Below, in pieces: positions 26,096-39,949 of a stretch of 64,000 nt of DNA. The first letter of the stretch is position 1, and the number at the start of each line of letters is the position of its first letter. Under the pieces are notes generated by a model. That model worked only from the letters and a program-made list of their open reading frames with translations, did no database searches and had not been told where the DNA came from. The stretch is from positions 15,066,001 through 15,130,000 of the forward strand of contig CM022677.1 in the NCBI GenBank assembly GCA_012295275.1, written 5' to 3'. Made by a program: the position numbers and the translations under genes. Origin of the DNA: Chrysomallon squamiferum. Taxonomy: Eukaryota > Animalia > Mollusca.

Positions 26096-26559
26096 TTAAG
26101 AGGAAATTCTTCATATTTCGCAGAATAAGGTCCGCTACAGAGAAAGAATGAAAAAGAAAACGAAAAACAGAAATGAAATAAAGTGTAATGATTCTGGATA
26201 AAAACATTTGTATCAATTAAAACTGACATTTATTCAAACATATTCATAAAATAAAATAAAAAAATAAAAAATTTGGAATAACATAATAAAAAATAGAAAT
26301 GTCATAAAATGTCTTAACATGGCGAGTTTGCATAAACGATTAAGAAGTAGTGACATCTAATTTGTATGTGTTTTGAAGAAGAAACATAACAACTGCAGAC
26401 AACACTTCTAAATCTTCATAACTTAAGAAGTGCACCACTTCTAAATGACAGCTATAATGCAAATTTTAATCTGTTATTTTTTTTTTTTTTTTCTTGAGGA
26501 GTGTTTTTGTTTTCATTTTTGTCTGTATGTTACTTTATTCTGACATAAACAAATTATTA

Positions 26560-27183
26560 ATATATGAAATCCGTGAACATCTTCCAAGTTACGAAGATTT
26601 AGAAGGGGCCGCTGCAGCTGTGTTTCGACTTCAAGACACGTACAAATTAAATGTGACAAGATTAGCAGACGGTTTTATATATGAACGATATATACAGAGA
26701 TTATCAGCAGAAGACTGTTATCAATTAGGCCGCCTTGCATACAAAATGAAAAAATACAAATATGTGCATATCTGGATTGAGATAAGTCTCGAAAAAGTAA
26801 GAACAGAAAAAATTCACAACGTATCTCGGTTAGAACTTCATGACTATGACATACACGGTAGAGAATTATCGGGACAGATAGAACAAGTTTTAAATTTGAC
26901 AAATGAACAGTTAATGTTAGCTCGTGGACTAGAATGTGCTCCGAACAGAAGAAAAAAGTATTCAAGTATATCAAAACTTAGGAAAGAAAATAGAAAAAAT
27001 GGCAGAGTTAAAGAATAAACAACTTTCGATGCTCTCTGTCGTGGTGAAGACGTTATTAAAGTACGACATCGTTTGAAATGTCGCTACCATAACAATATCA
27101 AAAATCCGCTTTTAATTCTTAAGCCTGCTAAAGAAGAGATTCTGCAATCAATGGTAAACTTGGAGGTAAAAAAACCTAACTAA
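26560..27183 (+). pseudogene. P4HA: Prolyl 4-hydroxylase alpha subunit fragment (end of N-domain, peptide-substrate-binding domain, linker); intronless, truncated at both ends, in-frame TAA at 27016
   Basis: LPSYEDLEGAAAAVFRLQDTYKL, LSAEDCYQLGRLAY, and past the stop FDALCRGE..RLKCRYHNN.KNPLLILKPAKEE; these are hallmark P4HA motifs. The catalytic dioxygenase domain is absent. Confidence 0.9.
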
Positions 27184-28339
27184 AAAAAGCACAACCCCCC
27201 CCCCAAAAAAAACCGCAGTCATCAATGACAGACTGTTTATCCTCTGACAACTGATAGACCATTAACATTTGTAATAAAAAAAAAATATTCCAGTTTTATG
27301 TTATTTTAGTCTTTAGAAATCTGCACTCTGTCTAAAACGGTATATCACGTTGGTCTTAAAGAATCATCCGGTTTTGACAGCGTCCACGGTTTTTATTTTT
27401 ATTGTTTATATTTTATTATTTATCAAATAATAATAGATACGTGTATTGTTTATAGTATGTAAATTGATATTCCTGGAAGGTACCTAGACATTTACATTTG
27501 TTACTCATTATACAGCTATAATCGTTTCAGTTGATTTCTTCATATATACTGGTATACCTTTATATAATATTACTTTCTTGAAATGTTTTTTGCTTTTTTT
27601 AAATTCTTTATGTACGTTGGAGTAAATGTTTGTAATTTAGTTTGTAAAATGTTTCGTCGTCTGCTTTTTGAAACGTTCTCTTTTTTTTTCTCTTTTTTTT
27701 TTTGAGAAATTTAGCTGAATTTTTATTGATCAATATTTTGCTTTTCATTTAAATTATTATGTAATTATATTTAGCAGATATGTATTAGTATTTTCAATAA
27801 TATAATTATCCTTTAAATTATATAACTTATAACTACATAATGAAAAAAAAAGAAAAAAAAACAAAAGAAAAAAGAAAAAAGGAGGTTAAAATGACAACAA
27901 AATATGAATGATGTTTATTATTATCTGAATAAAATTTGCAGGTATTTTTCCTTCGAAATCTGTGGAAAATCTGGGATTCATTCCATCATTTGGCAAACAG
28001 AACACTGAATATCTCATACAGTTTCAAACCAGTATACACATGTTTTATATCAAAATGATGCTTTCTAAAGCCCTACAGTATTTTTAAGCATGATGCATAA
28101 ACTATTACAATGCCTCCACTTAATTTCATAATGGAATGTTTTTCTTTTTTCATTTTTAGGAGATCTCACTGTGTTGAAGACATAAGTCAACATGACAGAT
28201 TTCAGTTTTAGTTCACATTGTATCTTAGACATCAGTCAAACAATAAGACACCTACTTCAAAAAAGAATCATTTTTAGTAATGTTTTGTGCATGGAGACTG
28301 TACAGTGTATTAATATCTTTTGTGATTATGATTACAAAT

Positions 28340-28377
<38 letters not shown>

Positions 28378-28379
28378 CT

Positions 28380-28644
28380 AAATATTATTATAACAAATAA
28401 TTGTATTAATATTTTACAGTGTCTACATATGAAATAACCTGATCATAATTTTCTTAAATTTGTATTCATCTTTATAGGTTTTTAGCGTTATCACAGAGTT
28501 ATACAGGTATTTAGCTTTAATAATATGAAAGAATTTAGGGCCCCTCCCATTATATACTTTAATATGGTTAAAATAGTTTTATTAAAAAATAATAATAAAA
28601 TAAATAAATAAATAAATAATAATAATAAATAATAAAATAAAATA

Positions 28645-28713
<69 letters not shown>

Positions 28714-29140
28714 AAATTGTGAGTTGACACATAGTTGTTGTATGGTGTTTACACAAGTCAATTTCTTTTAAAACAAATTTAATTACTGGCCACACAGTGA
28801 TTGGTAAAACATTTCTTGTTTATGCTGTTCACATTAGTACAAACACTGGCGAATTTTGTTATTAATCAAGTGTCGTTATTTAAAGAAAAAAAAAAAAAAT
28901 ATAATTATAAAATAAATAATAAATAAATAAATATTATTCCCGAATATGATGGCTGCCATCAGGTGGCTGTGACGTTTAAATTATACTTAAATCAAATAAA
29001 AAAAAATCCAAACTCATCAACAACTATAATAATAAATAGTACTACCTGTCTGCTTCACAAAATGAAATACTTTAAGCAACTTTTTTGTTGCAATTACACC
29101 AATTCTGTATAAGATTCTTCAAACGTCAAATAAAAAATTA
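28380..29140 (-). repeat. Partial third copy of the duplicated segment
   Basis: Shares AAATAACCTG.TCAT, TTTAAAACAAATTTAATTACTGGCCAC, GATGGCTGCCATCAGG and ACTACCTGTCTGCTTCACAAAATG with 13790-14350 and 24370-25160. Confidence 0.85.
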
Positions 29141-29231
29141 ATCAGCCTTAGAAAAAGAATGGGAAATAGTGAATGCAAAATGGGCTATAGACATAGATAT
29201 TTCAGCAGTTGTTATCTACGTCAAAATATCC

Positions 29232-29273
<42 letters not shown>

Positions 29274-30871
29274 TATTTATATATGTGATTGGTGTTTTTT
29301 CTTATGTGTTTATGCTTATACTTAGAATTAGAAAACGCGTTGGCTTAGGAATTTTATTTTATTGTCAAAAATAATCATTTTCTAATTTGATTCGAATTTA
29401 TTGAATCTGTATAGTTGAGTTTTAAGTCCAATTCGCTAGTTTTTTAAACATTTATTCATCTGCATACAACTTTTTTTAAAATTTGAAATAAATTTATGAA
29501 CAATGCATTTATAAATGTTTTTAAAACATTTCATATACTGTTTACATAGTATCCTTTTTTTTTTTTAATCTATAAATATCCATCTGTAACCTCTCAAAAC
29601 ATTTTTTTACAAAAACATTACCGCACTGACTGCTACACCATCATATTTTACATACATAACAAGAATGTATATCGCCAGATATAACAATATCCTTATTAAA
29701 ATCTGCTTTTTTTTCTATCAAAAAGTTCTCATTATTGAATGATGTTGTATCGATCGAATGTTCTGTTATAGTTGTCCCCCTTCGCAAAAGTGCAGTTTTT
29801 TCATTTATTATATATATATATACTAGTGGTAATATAGGCAATATAGATGGACATTATTAATTAATTAATGTATTCATTTATCATCATCATCATTTTCATT
29901 ATTATTATTATTATTATTATATTAAAATAAATCATGTAGACTGTCTAAAACATTTTTATGAGGATGTTAATGATCTACCTTGTAGTTTTTATTTTGTCTT
30001 GGAAGTGAACAACTTCCAGTATTTCTTATATTTAATGTATTTATTTTTATTGCAGGAAAATTTGTAATTCACATGCTATAACATGAACAGAAGTTTAAAT
30101 GTTTAACAACAAATGTAAAGAAAGCTAACAAAGGGTTGAGAAATGGAAAAATGATGAGTTAATTTTACTTGAATTATTTCAGTAGCTGTTTTCATTTGTC
30201 ACCAGTAATCTATGTTTAATTACAACGGGAAGGTCTACGTTGTTCAAGGCCACCGAGAGACGTCCTGTCCGTCTCTTTACAATAATCTCTTACGTCTACA
30301 AATCGTGCTGGGGATGGGTATTGAAATTACTTCTTAATTTTATTACACTGTACAAAAGAAGGTGCTGAAAGATAAGATTGATGTTCATCAAACACAGAGA
30401 CACACACAGATACAGAGACCAGGATGAATTACATTTAGCTGTAAACTGACGGACATTCTGGATGCAGGGAAAGGAATCAGAGATGATTTGATGCATTTTT
30501 GTTCAACGGATAGATAAACCAACAAGAGATTATAGACTAATAGAAAGATAGATATGTATGTGGATAGATAGATAGATATTGATAGATACAGAATAAAACA
30601 TGTTGATATGACCGTGTCATAGTTTGTATTCAATTAATAAAAAATGTATCAGTCTAACCTCGCGCCCACTCAACTTTTCCTTTACATCTCAAACAGTTTT
30701 AGACAACATTATTGATCTGTACCTTTCTCTATATTCTTACCTTCTACTAAAAGCAGAACTTCATAAATTATATTACACTACAGATTAAAATGATAATTTC
30801 AAGTAAGAACATAGATTATAGAGAATACCTGTATTTTGGGAAATATAGAGCGTACTTTCAGTTTATTTTAA

Positions 30872-30923
<52 letters not shown>

Positions 30924-31138
30924 TATAAGAAAATAGAAGAAAACTTAAATGATATTCCATTATGAATACAAAGCTATCACGTGTATTTTGTATAACGAGA
31001 GCAGTTCACTATAAATAAATCATAAAACATCCCGTAATTATTATTTTTAATTAAGGATACCGATATTTTCACTAAGATTTTTTATACAAACATTTATTAA
31101 TTATAAACAAGTAAAAATAAGCTGTCAGTTTTACTTAA

Positions 31139-31898
31139 GGATAACGCTATTTACACTGATAATTTTACCACTGAGTTATAAAAATAAATTTTAAAAACGT
31201 GTGCACTGTTTGTGTAGTAGTTTACGCGGGATTTTAGTTACATTGTGTTACACAGAACATTCATAGTTAGAGAGTAGCGGTGACACCAACCGTGTAAATT
31301 GTAAGAGAAGTCCGCCGATATCTTGAATAACTATGAATATCCTTCCAGACTAGCTACCATTATTTCTCAGTTTAGAAAAAAAGTTAAGTATCTGCACTAC
31401 ATCTTTAATTATAAACATATTTATAATAAAAAAAATATATATATATATTTAATTTCCGATGAAACGTATATAAATCGATGGTAAGAAAAAAATGTATAAT
31501 TCTAAATAAACAAACATATCCTAATAAAAGTAGTTTAATAAACCTCAAAATGTTGATGAATTTCAGATTAATCAAATTATTTCTGGTACTAAATAAAACG
31601 TCGATTTAAATTTGATGATATTAACTTTTATTAAGCAAATATGACAGACTTCAACTAAGAGAGTTTTTTCGATTTTAGATATGTCTTAAAAAAAAAATAA
31701 TAATAAAAAGTATTGCCATTTTTGCTGGATCACATGATGTAGTAAAGCAGAATGGCAAGACTATTAAAGAATTCACACATGTTATCTTTCAGGATACCAC
31801 ACAATATAATCTGTGGATCAAGCTTATAACATATAACACTATTTAAACAGTGCAAAAATTAAGCAGCGTGAAATTATCAATGTAAATAGTGTATTTTC
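31139..31898. mobile_element. Non-autonomous TTAA-flanked TIR element (Kolobok-like MITE)
   Basis: TTAA|GGATAACGCTATTTACACTGATAATTT ... AAATTATCAATGTAAATAGTGTATTTTC|TTAA; imperfect ~28-bp TIRs. Confidence 0.55.
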
Positions 31899-33672
31899 TT
31901 AACAAAAATACTACGTTACTTTTGCTGCCATGATGTAGAGAAAACAACACAAATTACGTTGAGAAAAATCACATTAATATCACAGTTGCTAATGAAATAT
32001 CATTTTTATCTGGTTGCGATATTTTATTCCTGAATATTCACTTTACTTCTCAACTAGAAATATTAAAATGAATATGTAATTAATTATTTGCTAATGTCTA
32101 ACAAATGCAACACCTGTCTAGAAAAAGAAAATCAGTATTTAATTATCAATACAATCTCAGGTGCAACTAAAAACTAATCCTGATTCTGATAGTAACACAG
32201 AATTGGAATCTGGAAGGCCTCTTTATTTCTGAAGTTCTCAACTATCCTTCGTGAATGAGATGATATTCAGTTAATTATACGACAAATCATACTGAAAATT
32301 ACAGGTATGATTTCACTGTGAACATTCAGAAATATAGATGGAACTTCAGTGTTATAATGTTTTTATTAACAACAGTAGCTTTACATGTTACGTCAAATAT
32401 ATATCGAGATATAAAGAGAGCGCATCTAGTTTGACATATTATAACCACAGTTAATCTATTAGATATTACTGACAGTTATAAATGATAATTCTACATGGCG
32501 TTATGAAAATAAGTGGTTTAATTACCTGTAAAAAGAAAAAAATGAGAATTAATTATGAGCAGTGATATTTACAGTTTGCTAGTTAAGTATGTTAAGAAAT
32601 GTTAATCTCATATTTTATTAATATCGAATATTTATATCAAGTTATACTGAAAAATGTCGGAGTTCATTCCCTGGAATCACGATAGTGTGTACTGATTAGC
32701 TGAGAACAAAGCAAGATGAACATGCTATTTTATTATGCGAAATTTAATTTTTTCATTACATTCATTAAAAGGTGTACATCAGCGCAAGTTGTATAGTGTA
32801 ATATTTTTTTACATTTCTTATTATACCTGAAGTTCTCTTATTACATTAGATATTAATATAACCGCTTCACCAGTAATAATCTATATAACAATGAAGCAGA
32901 CACCGTAGTTGTCAAAGTCCTCTCTTTGTCAACAGCTAAATAGCAACAACAACAACAGTAATAACACGTTAATATTTTTATTTTTTATTTTGTTTGACGT
33001 TATTTTTTCTGTTTTTATATATGTTTGACGCTATTCTCTTAGTTTCATTAGAACTGTTCTGAGTGCGGATATAAAAATTACTTCGAATTTTTTATTAGGC
33101 CTCGTAAAGTTATCAGAGAAATCAGATTTATTCTTAGTGTATTTTTCTGTCGAGGTATTTTTCAAAAAAATATATAATAATGATAATAATAAAATAAAAA
33201 AACCGCTGATTTATGAGAAATCGTGAACTTTTATAAAACCACAGTTAACTAAAGAATATCGCTGTTTTCACTGATAATGTTACCCACCGATAAGACGCAA
33301 GTTTTATAACGTATTATTTATATGAGAAATTAAAATTACATTAATTAGAGATTGTCAGTTATATTATTGAATAAACATGGAATTTCATTCTAGATAAACT
33401 TACTTTTCTCAGTGTTTAAAAAAATAATCTGATATATTCTTAATTACATAATTTGATAAATTTGAATTTTAGATTAATCATGTAATTTCATGTAGGGAGA
33501 GATGTAAATTGTGTCGCGGAATGTCATGTTACTGCGGTCATAAAACAAAGTATCACATTGTGACACTGAAAGGTGCACAGTTAATTTTCAGTAATATCAA
33601 TACAATAATAAATACAGTATTCATCTAGCACTTTACCCTTTCTGTATGTTCTTATTACTGTTAATAATAAAA

Positions 33673-33730
<58 letters not shown>

Positions 33731-33731
<1 letters not shown>

Positions 33732-34480
33732 TGAGCCAAAAACAATGAGGACAAAGTCATTAAAAATAAAAAGTGCTTAAAATGATTAAAAAACTAGTTG
33801 AGATATTAGATAAAACTTGCTTTCAACTAATACTGAAGCCAAAGTTGTCATTTTTTTGTTCACTTGACTGTAGTGAGGGTGTGAAATCAGACAAATACTG
33901 TTGGTGATGTAAGTTACAAGACGACGTTTTAATCCAGTAATACAATGAATAAACTGATTTAAAAATTCACATATGGTATGTGGTAGTTTGGCAATAAAGT
34001 TGTGGACACCGTAACTTACGACATATGCAGAGTTCAACTTTTTTTTGAGAAAGCAGTAATAACAAATGGCTTTTTCTTTTCCCATGTCAGAGATTTGTTT
34101 CTGAATCAGAAAGAGATGCAAAGAAAAACTAGTAGTATGCTTTTCAAATAATAAAGTTTAGCAGTATAATATGTCGTAAGTTACAAGACACCAAAATGTC
34201 ATCATCCATAAAAATGAACAATATTTTGCAGAATTATAACAACAAAATGCGAAACAGTCTTCAGTTTTATTTCAGTTTCACTTCTTTAATTAATCATATA
34301 AAAAAAATATTGTCTGCGGTCATTGATTGTTGGTGGCTTCAGTGCCTGAACATCTTTCTGTGAAACCCAGGACACGTTGACAAGTTCAGGAAAGCTGTAA
34401 TAGTTGCCTCTCTTCTTCAAAAACTGAACTTTCACTTCATATTTGACAGTCTGAAGAACCCTTAAAAAGATCAATCAGTT
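33731..34480 (-). mobile_element. Probable decayed DNA-transposon fragment adjoining a (TA)n tract
   Basis: 34286-34470 reads VKVQFLKKRGNYYSFPELVNVSWVSQKDVQALKPPTINDRRQYFF, resembling the F.FP..D...V....I..L..P....R...F C-terminal module of invertebrate transposases. No partner TIR found. Confidence 0.4.
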
Positions 34481-35389
34481 GTTATATTTTGGAATATCTT
34501 GAATTAGACCATACACACAAATTTCAGCTATTTATCAGAAACCATTTTTTTATTTTTTCAAATTCTCTATTCAGACATAGGACAGGGCAAGCTTCGAAAA
34601 AGCGATACACCAGCACTTAACAATCTTCTTTTAGATGATGTTCATTTCACAGAGACACGTGATCACGTGCAAATCTGCCCGGAGCAGTCACACAAAAATT
34701 AGCTAAAAATGCTAAACTGTAATGTATCGCCTTATAACTTTAACTAAAAACATGTTTGAATGTAAATCGTGGAAATAAAAGCTGTGTAGAAGTAAACAAA
34801 CAAAGAAACGAAAATGAGGTACAAAGTTCGTGCTCATGTTGGACAACAATAGTAACGAACGACAATGATTTTTAACTAATTCACTGTATAAACGTGATTG
34901 CATAACAAATAATTACATAAACAATTACTGGCTCTTTCTTTATTACATTTTATTTTGATCATTGTTTTCACTTGGTTTTGTGCTACACGCCAGTTAAGTT
35001 AACCCATTGTTCATGTCATCGCTTCCAGAGAATTTAACCACCAGAAAAACAATCATTAAAAATAAAATATTAAAAGAAACTAATTGCCAAACACTGTAAT
35101 TTAAGCATATATATACTTTGATCTTCAAAATCGCGTCTTTTTGTAAGATTACGGAGTTGAATGCAAACACCCTTGCATTTTCCTTACTTGGCCAAATAGC
35201 GTATATATATATATGCAATGGTGTTGTTGTGTGAAATGTGTGTATGTGTGCGTCCATGTATATCTGAGATATCAGGAACTGATGGTGACGGTGGCAACAT
35301 ACCTGGGTGAGCAGTTGTTGAGGCAGTGGATGTGCGTATGATGAGGAGATCTCGGTGAGCAAATTGATGTCTTCTCTGTTACAGGCTTT

Positions 35390-37356
35390 GTAGCCAGTTT
35401 TTTTAATATATCTGTCAAGCTGACCTGTTTCTTTTATTTTGGTCTTTCTTTGATTAGTTTATCGTCCAGCATGTAAATATACATTATGTCTTGCTCAGTT
35501 ATAAAACTGCGCTGCTCTAAACCTTTTAGCAGTTCACCTGTCAGCTGAATTAACCGATCAGTAGAAACTCTTTCTGCTGCATCATCCTGATTTCCATCAC
35601 TACTTTCTCCTTCACTGGCTTGTTGCTCTGGACTTACAACCATTCGTACAATTTCTGAGTCCGTATAATGATGAACAACAAATGCACCGTCATCAACAGT
35701 CATCCTTTATTCAGTGTTATCTTCATCCTGTTTATCCTTCGCAGCAGGATTGGTCAGATCACTCGCAAAAGACGACAGATCACTTGTATGGTGTTTGTCC
35801 TCTGAAGACCTAATTTCTATAAAGATTTTCATCAGGTGCTCTCTCATATGTTAATCCTGGCCACAATTTGTGACATCCTTGTTTCAGTGTAGCAGGCTCT
35901 ACGTATTTCCAAGCATTAGCAACACAGTAAACCACATCTCTCATTATATTCACGAATAAACTCACGTACAGGCTTCCCAGAGTTAACTTCACTCAGCAGG
36001 CGCCTCATAAAATGAGTGCAATACTTCGACTTTAATGAATGTAATATTCCACTGTCCAGGGGTTGAATTAGGGAATTGCAAATAGGTGGAAGATAGATAC
36101 CGAAAACATTGTTCTTTACCAGGAATTCTACTTTTGGCTGAGCGGAGCAGTTATCTAAAATAAGCATTATCTTACAGTTACGGTCCAAGCCAACAGAGTC
36201 AGAATGAGCTCTTGCTTCGGGGACAAAACAGTTCTGAAACCAATCCAATAACAGTTCAGTTGTTATCCAACCTTTTTCGTTGGCACGGTAATTTACAGGA
36301 ATCTGTGTCATGCCTGTGAAAGCTCGAGGACGTAAACTTTCACCGATGACCAGTAAATTACACCTGCGTGTTCCTGCAGCATTGGAGCAGCCCAGCACAG
36401 TAACACGGTCTTTCGATGCTTTATAACCTGTCGGCGATTCTGTATCCTCCGCTTTCAGTGTTCTTTTGGGTGTACATTTCCAAAAGAGTCTCATCTGGGA
36501 TATAAACCTGGTCAAGACTTAAATTTTCATCACTGACCAACTTGGTGAACTCGTCAACAAATTTTGTAGCTGCTTCATTGTCAGCTGATCTTTTTTCGCC
36601 ACACACTGCACGAAACTTTAAGTCATGTCGTTCCTTAAAACGTTGCAACCATTTTTCACTGTAATCGCACTGATGTTCCAGTCCGAGTTCTTCATGAAAT
36701 AGTTTTGCTTGTTCCTTCACAAGATCACCTGGCAGTTCGACTTCTTGACTTTCACGCAACTTAAACCACCTCGTCATTACTTGATATAGTTCTGCATTTT
36801 TACCAGGTTTCATTGTTTTCCTTTTAAACATCTGTTTTTTCGACTCACTGTCAACAAAAAATTTAAGTAACTTTTCTTTCTCTTTCTTTATGTCATAAAC
36901 TGTCGAAGACCCAACACTGTATAATTCACATAAACTTCTCACAGACACGCCATTGTCAAGTCTTTTCTGCTATCGACAATGTTCGGTGTTTGCGCTTAAC
37001 ACCACAAGAAGCACTTCTATTATTCATTGAAGCCATGATTGGGGCTAAAAATGACCTTCTTACAATAACAAATGTCAAAAATCAAACCGGAAAAGCTTGC
37101 CTGTGTTTACAGCTGGTACCAGTTTGTTGATGATGAAACAGCGCCTCCAGTCGTAGCGGCAGCCAACTTAAAGAAAACACAACACAGCTTCTCTAACCCG
37201 AACAGAGCGCACACACTGCACGAGGACAGTAGCATACAGCACAAGAATCGATCACAAAATCGATAGTGCCGCGTGAGTCATCGCCTAGCATCCCCCTTCG
37301 CCTTAGTCAGTTTTAGTGCCGGATTACTGATTGCCGGACTAGTGATGGTCAACCTG
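35390..37356 (-). mobile_element. Tigger/pogo (Jerky-like) DNA transposon with frameshifted transposase pseudogene (ATG at 37036)
   Basis: KRKHRTLSIAEK and HTH-psq (LCELYSVGSSTVYDIKK); CENP-B HTH (YSEKWLQRFKERH); DDD motifs PDETLL, LILDNCSA, IQPLDSGIL; KDRVTVLGCSNAAG. Split over 4 ORFs. 5' TIR CAGGTTGACCATCACTAGTCCGGCA abuts TA at 37357-37358; 3' TIR not recognised. Confidence 0.93.
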
Positions 37357-37632
37357 TATCATAATCGAAGAGATATTTTGGAGAATTTAATGCTGGCTAT
37401 GACAGAGGTGTCTGCGTCCTATGTCGTCTGGAAGATCATCAGACTGGGTATCTGACAATGTTACAGTAGATGTTACATGTGGTAGCTCAGTAGTTACTAT
37501 ATCTTTTGAATCCAATAGCTGTGAACATTTTTCTGAGATGCAATTAGACACATCTTCTGACTGAAATATTTAAACAGTATTAAAATAACAATTTATATTA
37601 CAAACAGAATTCTTAATATAAGAGATAATATG

Positions 37633-38533
37633 CAGGACTCGAAATGTCCAGTCACCAGGTCACCAAATGCGACCAAAGTTCGGTTTAGGCGACTGGCATG
37701 TTAGAAATATTATGGTTAGTCGCCCCAAAAAATATTATTTGGGTGATCTGTTTTTTTCTAAAAGTGTATAACACAAGATAATAATTTTATAATAATTTTA
37801 TCGAAATATTTATTTCACACAAAACAAGTACCCATAGTTCCATAAGTTGGACGTATCGGCTTACATAATTTGCTAACATCTATTTATAAACAGTACGTTA
37901 AAGGATTATCAGTTGGTTAACGGAACAAGTTATCATAGCAGATAACTTTGTTAGTAATTGTTTGCTATTGTTTTTCTTTTCAATTACAACTTTAATTGGC
38001 TAAAGTGAAGCCAACGAACAAATTTAGCGAACTTTTAGAGCGTTACGTTAATAATTATCGGTTGGTTAACGGAACAAGCTATCATGAAAGATAATTCTAT
38101 AACCTTGTATTTGCTATTGTTTTTTGTTTTCCCACGCTAAACTTTACACAGTCATTTCACGTTGCTTTCATTTAATTTGTATTTCTTTTGAAAAATCCAA
38201 GCGTATAATACTGTTCATTTTAATTCTTATTCTTAATCTTATTCTTATATAATTCCAGTATTGTCAAGGTTTGTTTGAAAATGTCTTACCAGCTGATTTG
38301 TATAACTAGGACTAAATTTTTGTGGCTATTTTAATTAATAAAGAATTTTCGTATTTCTTTTTAGATGTTGACAAATTAAGGTAAGCCGATACTTTCAAAT
38401 GATCGAACTACGAACAAACCTTTTATGTGACATAAATATTTGCTACAAAATTATTTTTAGTGGCTCTTGTGTTATAACTTAAAGAAAAAAAGAGATGCTC
38501 CAAAAAATAGTTTTTACACGACTAAACCATAAT

Positions 38534-38571
<38 letters not shown>

Positions 38572-38580
38572 CGAGCCTTG
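37633..38580. mobile_element. hAT-like MITE with an internal ~150-bp tandem duplication
   Basis: Imperfect TIRs CAGGACTCGAAAT...ATTTCGAGCCTTG; duplicated block at 37894 and 38044; no clear TSD. Confidence 0.55.
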
Positions 38581-39949
38581 TGCTTACTGACATAACGTGC
38601 ATAATCATCAGCTTGAAAGACAAAAAAGTATGACATTTGTCTCAAGTTGAAAATGTCAGTATAGATCTTCATAACAAGAAGAAGAAAAAGTAAGTTCTTC
38701 TAGAATAATATTATTTATTCATGTTAGAGACTGTGATAGAATTAACTATGGAAATAAGAAAAATTTAAGTGTTAGATCAGTTGTAATATATTTTATCTGG
38801 ATAAAGAAGACTCATTAAAATAATTTTTATAAAAAAGAAATTTTTGTCAATTGAATTAGGACAGTTATTTCAAATAATTTACCTGTATAAGTATTATAAG
38901 AATTCAGATTTTTTTTTTTTTTGCTGCTGAAAAGATATGATATTTCTGCGAGTTCTTCAAAGCATTCCAATGAACAAAGCAGAGACAACTTGTATGGGTT
39001 TTTTCATTAGTATTTTTTTCTATTTAAGCAGCAGTTCATTTGTAATTTCTCCTTCATTTGTATAGAGGACATGTGGATGTGTGTGAATGTGTTTGTGTGT
39101 GTGTGTGTGGGGATACTGGTGTCTGCTTACATCTTTTATTGCTTTTTTGCAGCATTAGTCAGAACAAACTCACAGCACTGCAGACTGAATGGGAACTCCA
39201 AAAGAGAAAAGAAATCTAGCAGAAGAAAAATAATTCACACACTTTTACATGTGAAGACAGAGAAAGGTTAGTTCAATTTCTGCAGCATTTTACTCAAGAT
39301 TATGACTAATTTTGTCTGAGTCAGTTACAGGATTCAAAGGGAGTAATTTGAAAATACTGTCTGCATGTGAGACTAAATCTTCACTTTGGACTGAAACTGC
39401 ACAGGGTAAGAATTCATTTGAATAATGTGCAATTTTTCTAACAGATTAAGTGATATTTACTGAAATCTGTTCTGAAACATATTTAAAGGAGTAAATATAA
39501 TTTTGAGGCTGTTGTATTAATTCTTAGATTAATTGATTATATACTGCAGTATGTTTTTGTTTGTTATTTTAAATTTTGTTTTCATTTTTATTTTTAAGAA
39601 AAAGCTGTCTTGTTCAGTTTCACATTCCAAACAGCCCACTCCAGCCTGAACCAGTTTACTTCCTTGTGTCAAGAAAATGTGGAATTTTTAAAATATGTTC
39701 TGAAAATCTGTGTCAGCCAATCTATCAGCTGGTGAGTCAGTTAATCTGTTAATTAATTAATTTATTTATTTGTTTTCTGTTGATGTATTTGCTTTTTGTT
39801 TTGTTTGTTGTTGTGTATGCTATTTATTTATTTATTTTTTTAGACCTATGTGATTGTGTTATTTTATGTTATGTTTTTGAATTTAATTAATCAAACATTA
39901 ATGTCTATTTATTTGTTTGAATTAAAGTTTGGCTGTCAGTTTTTCACTG

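Noticed and set aside
35390-37036. Domesticated Jerky/TIGD host gene
   Set aside because: Multiple frameshifts, altered catalytic-region residues and a retained TIR with TA flank indicate a dead transposon.
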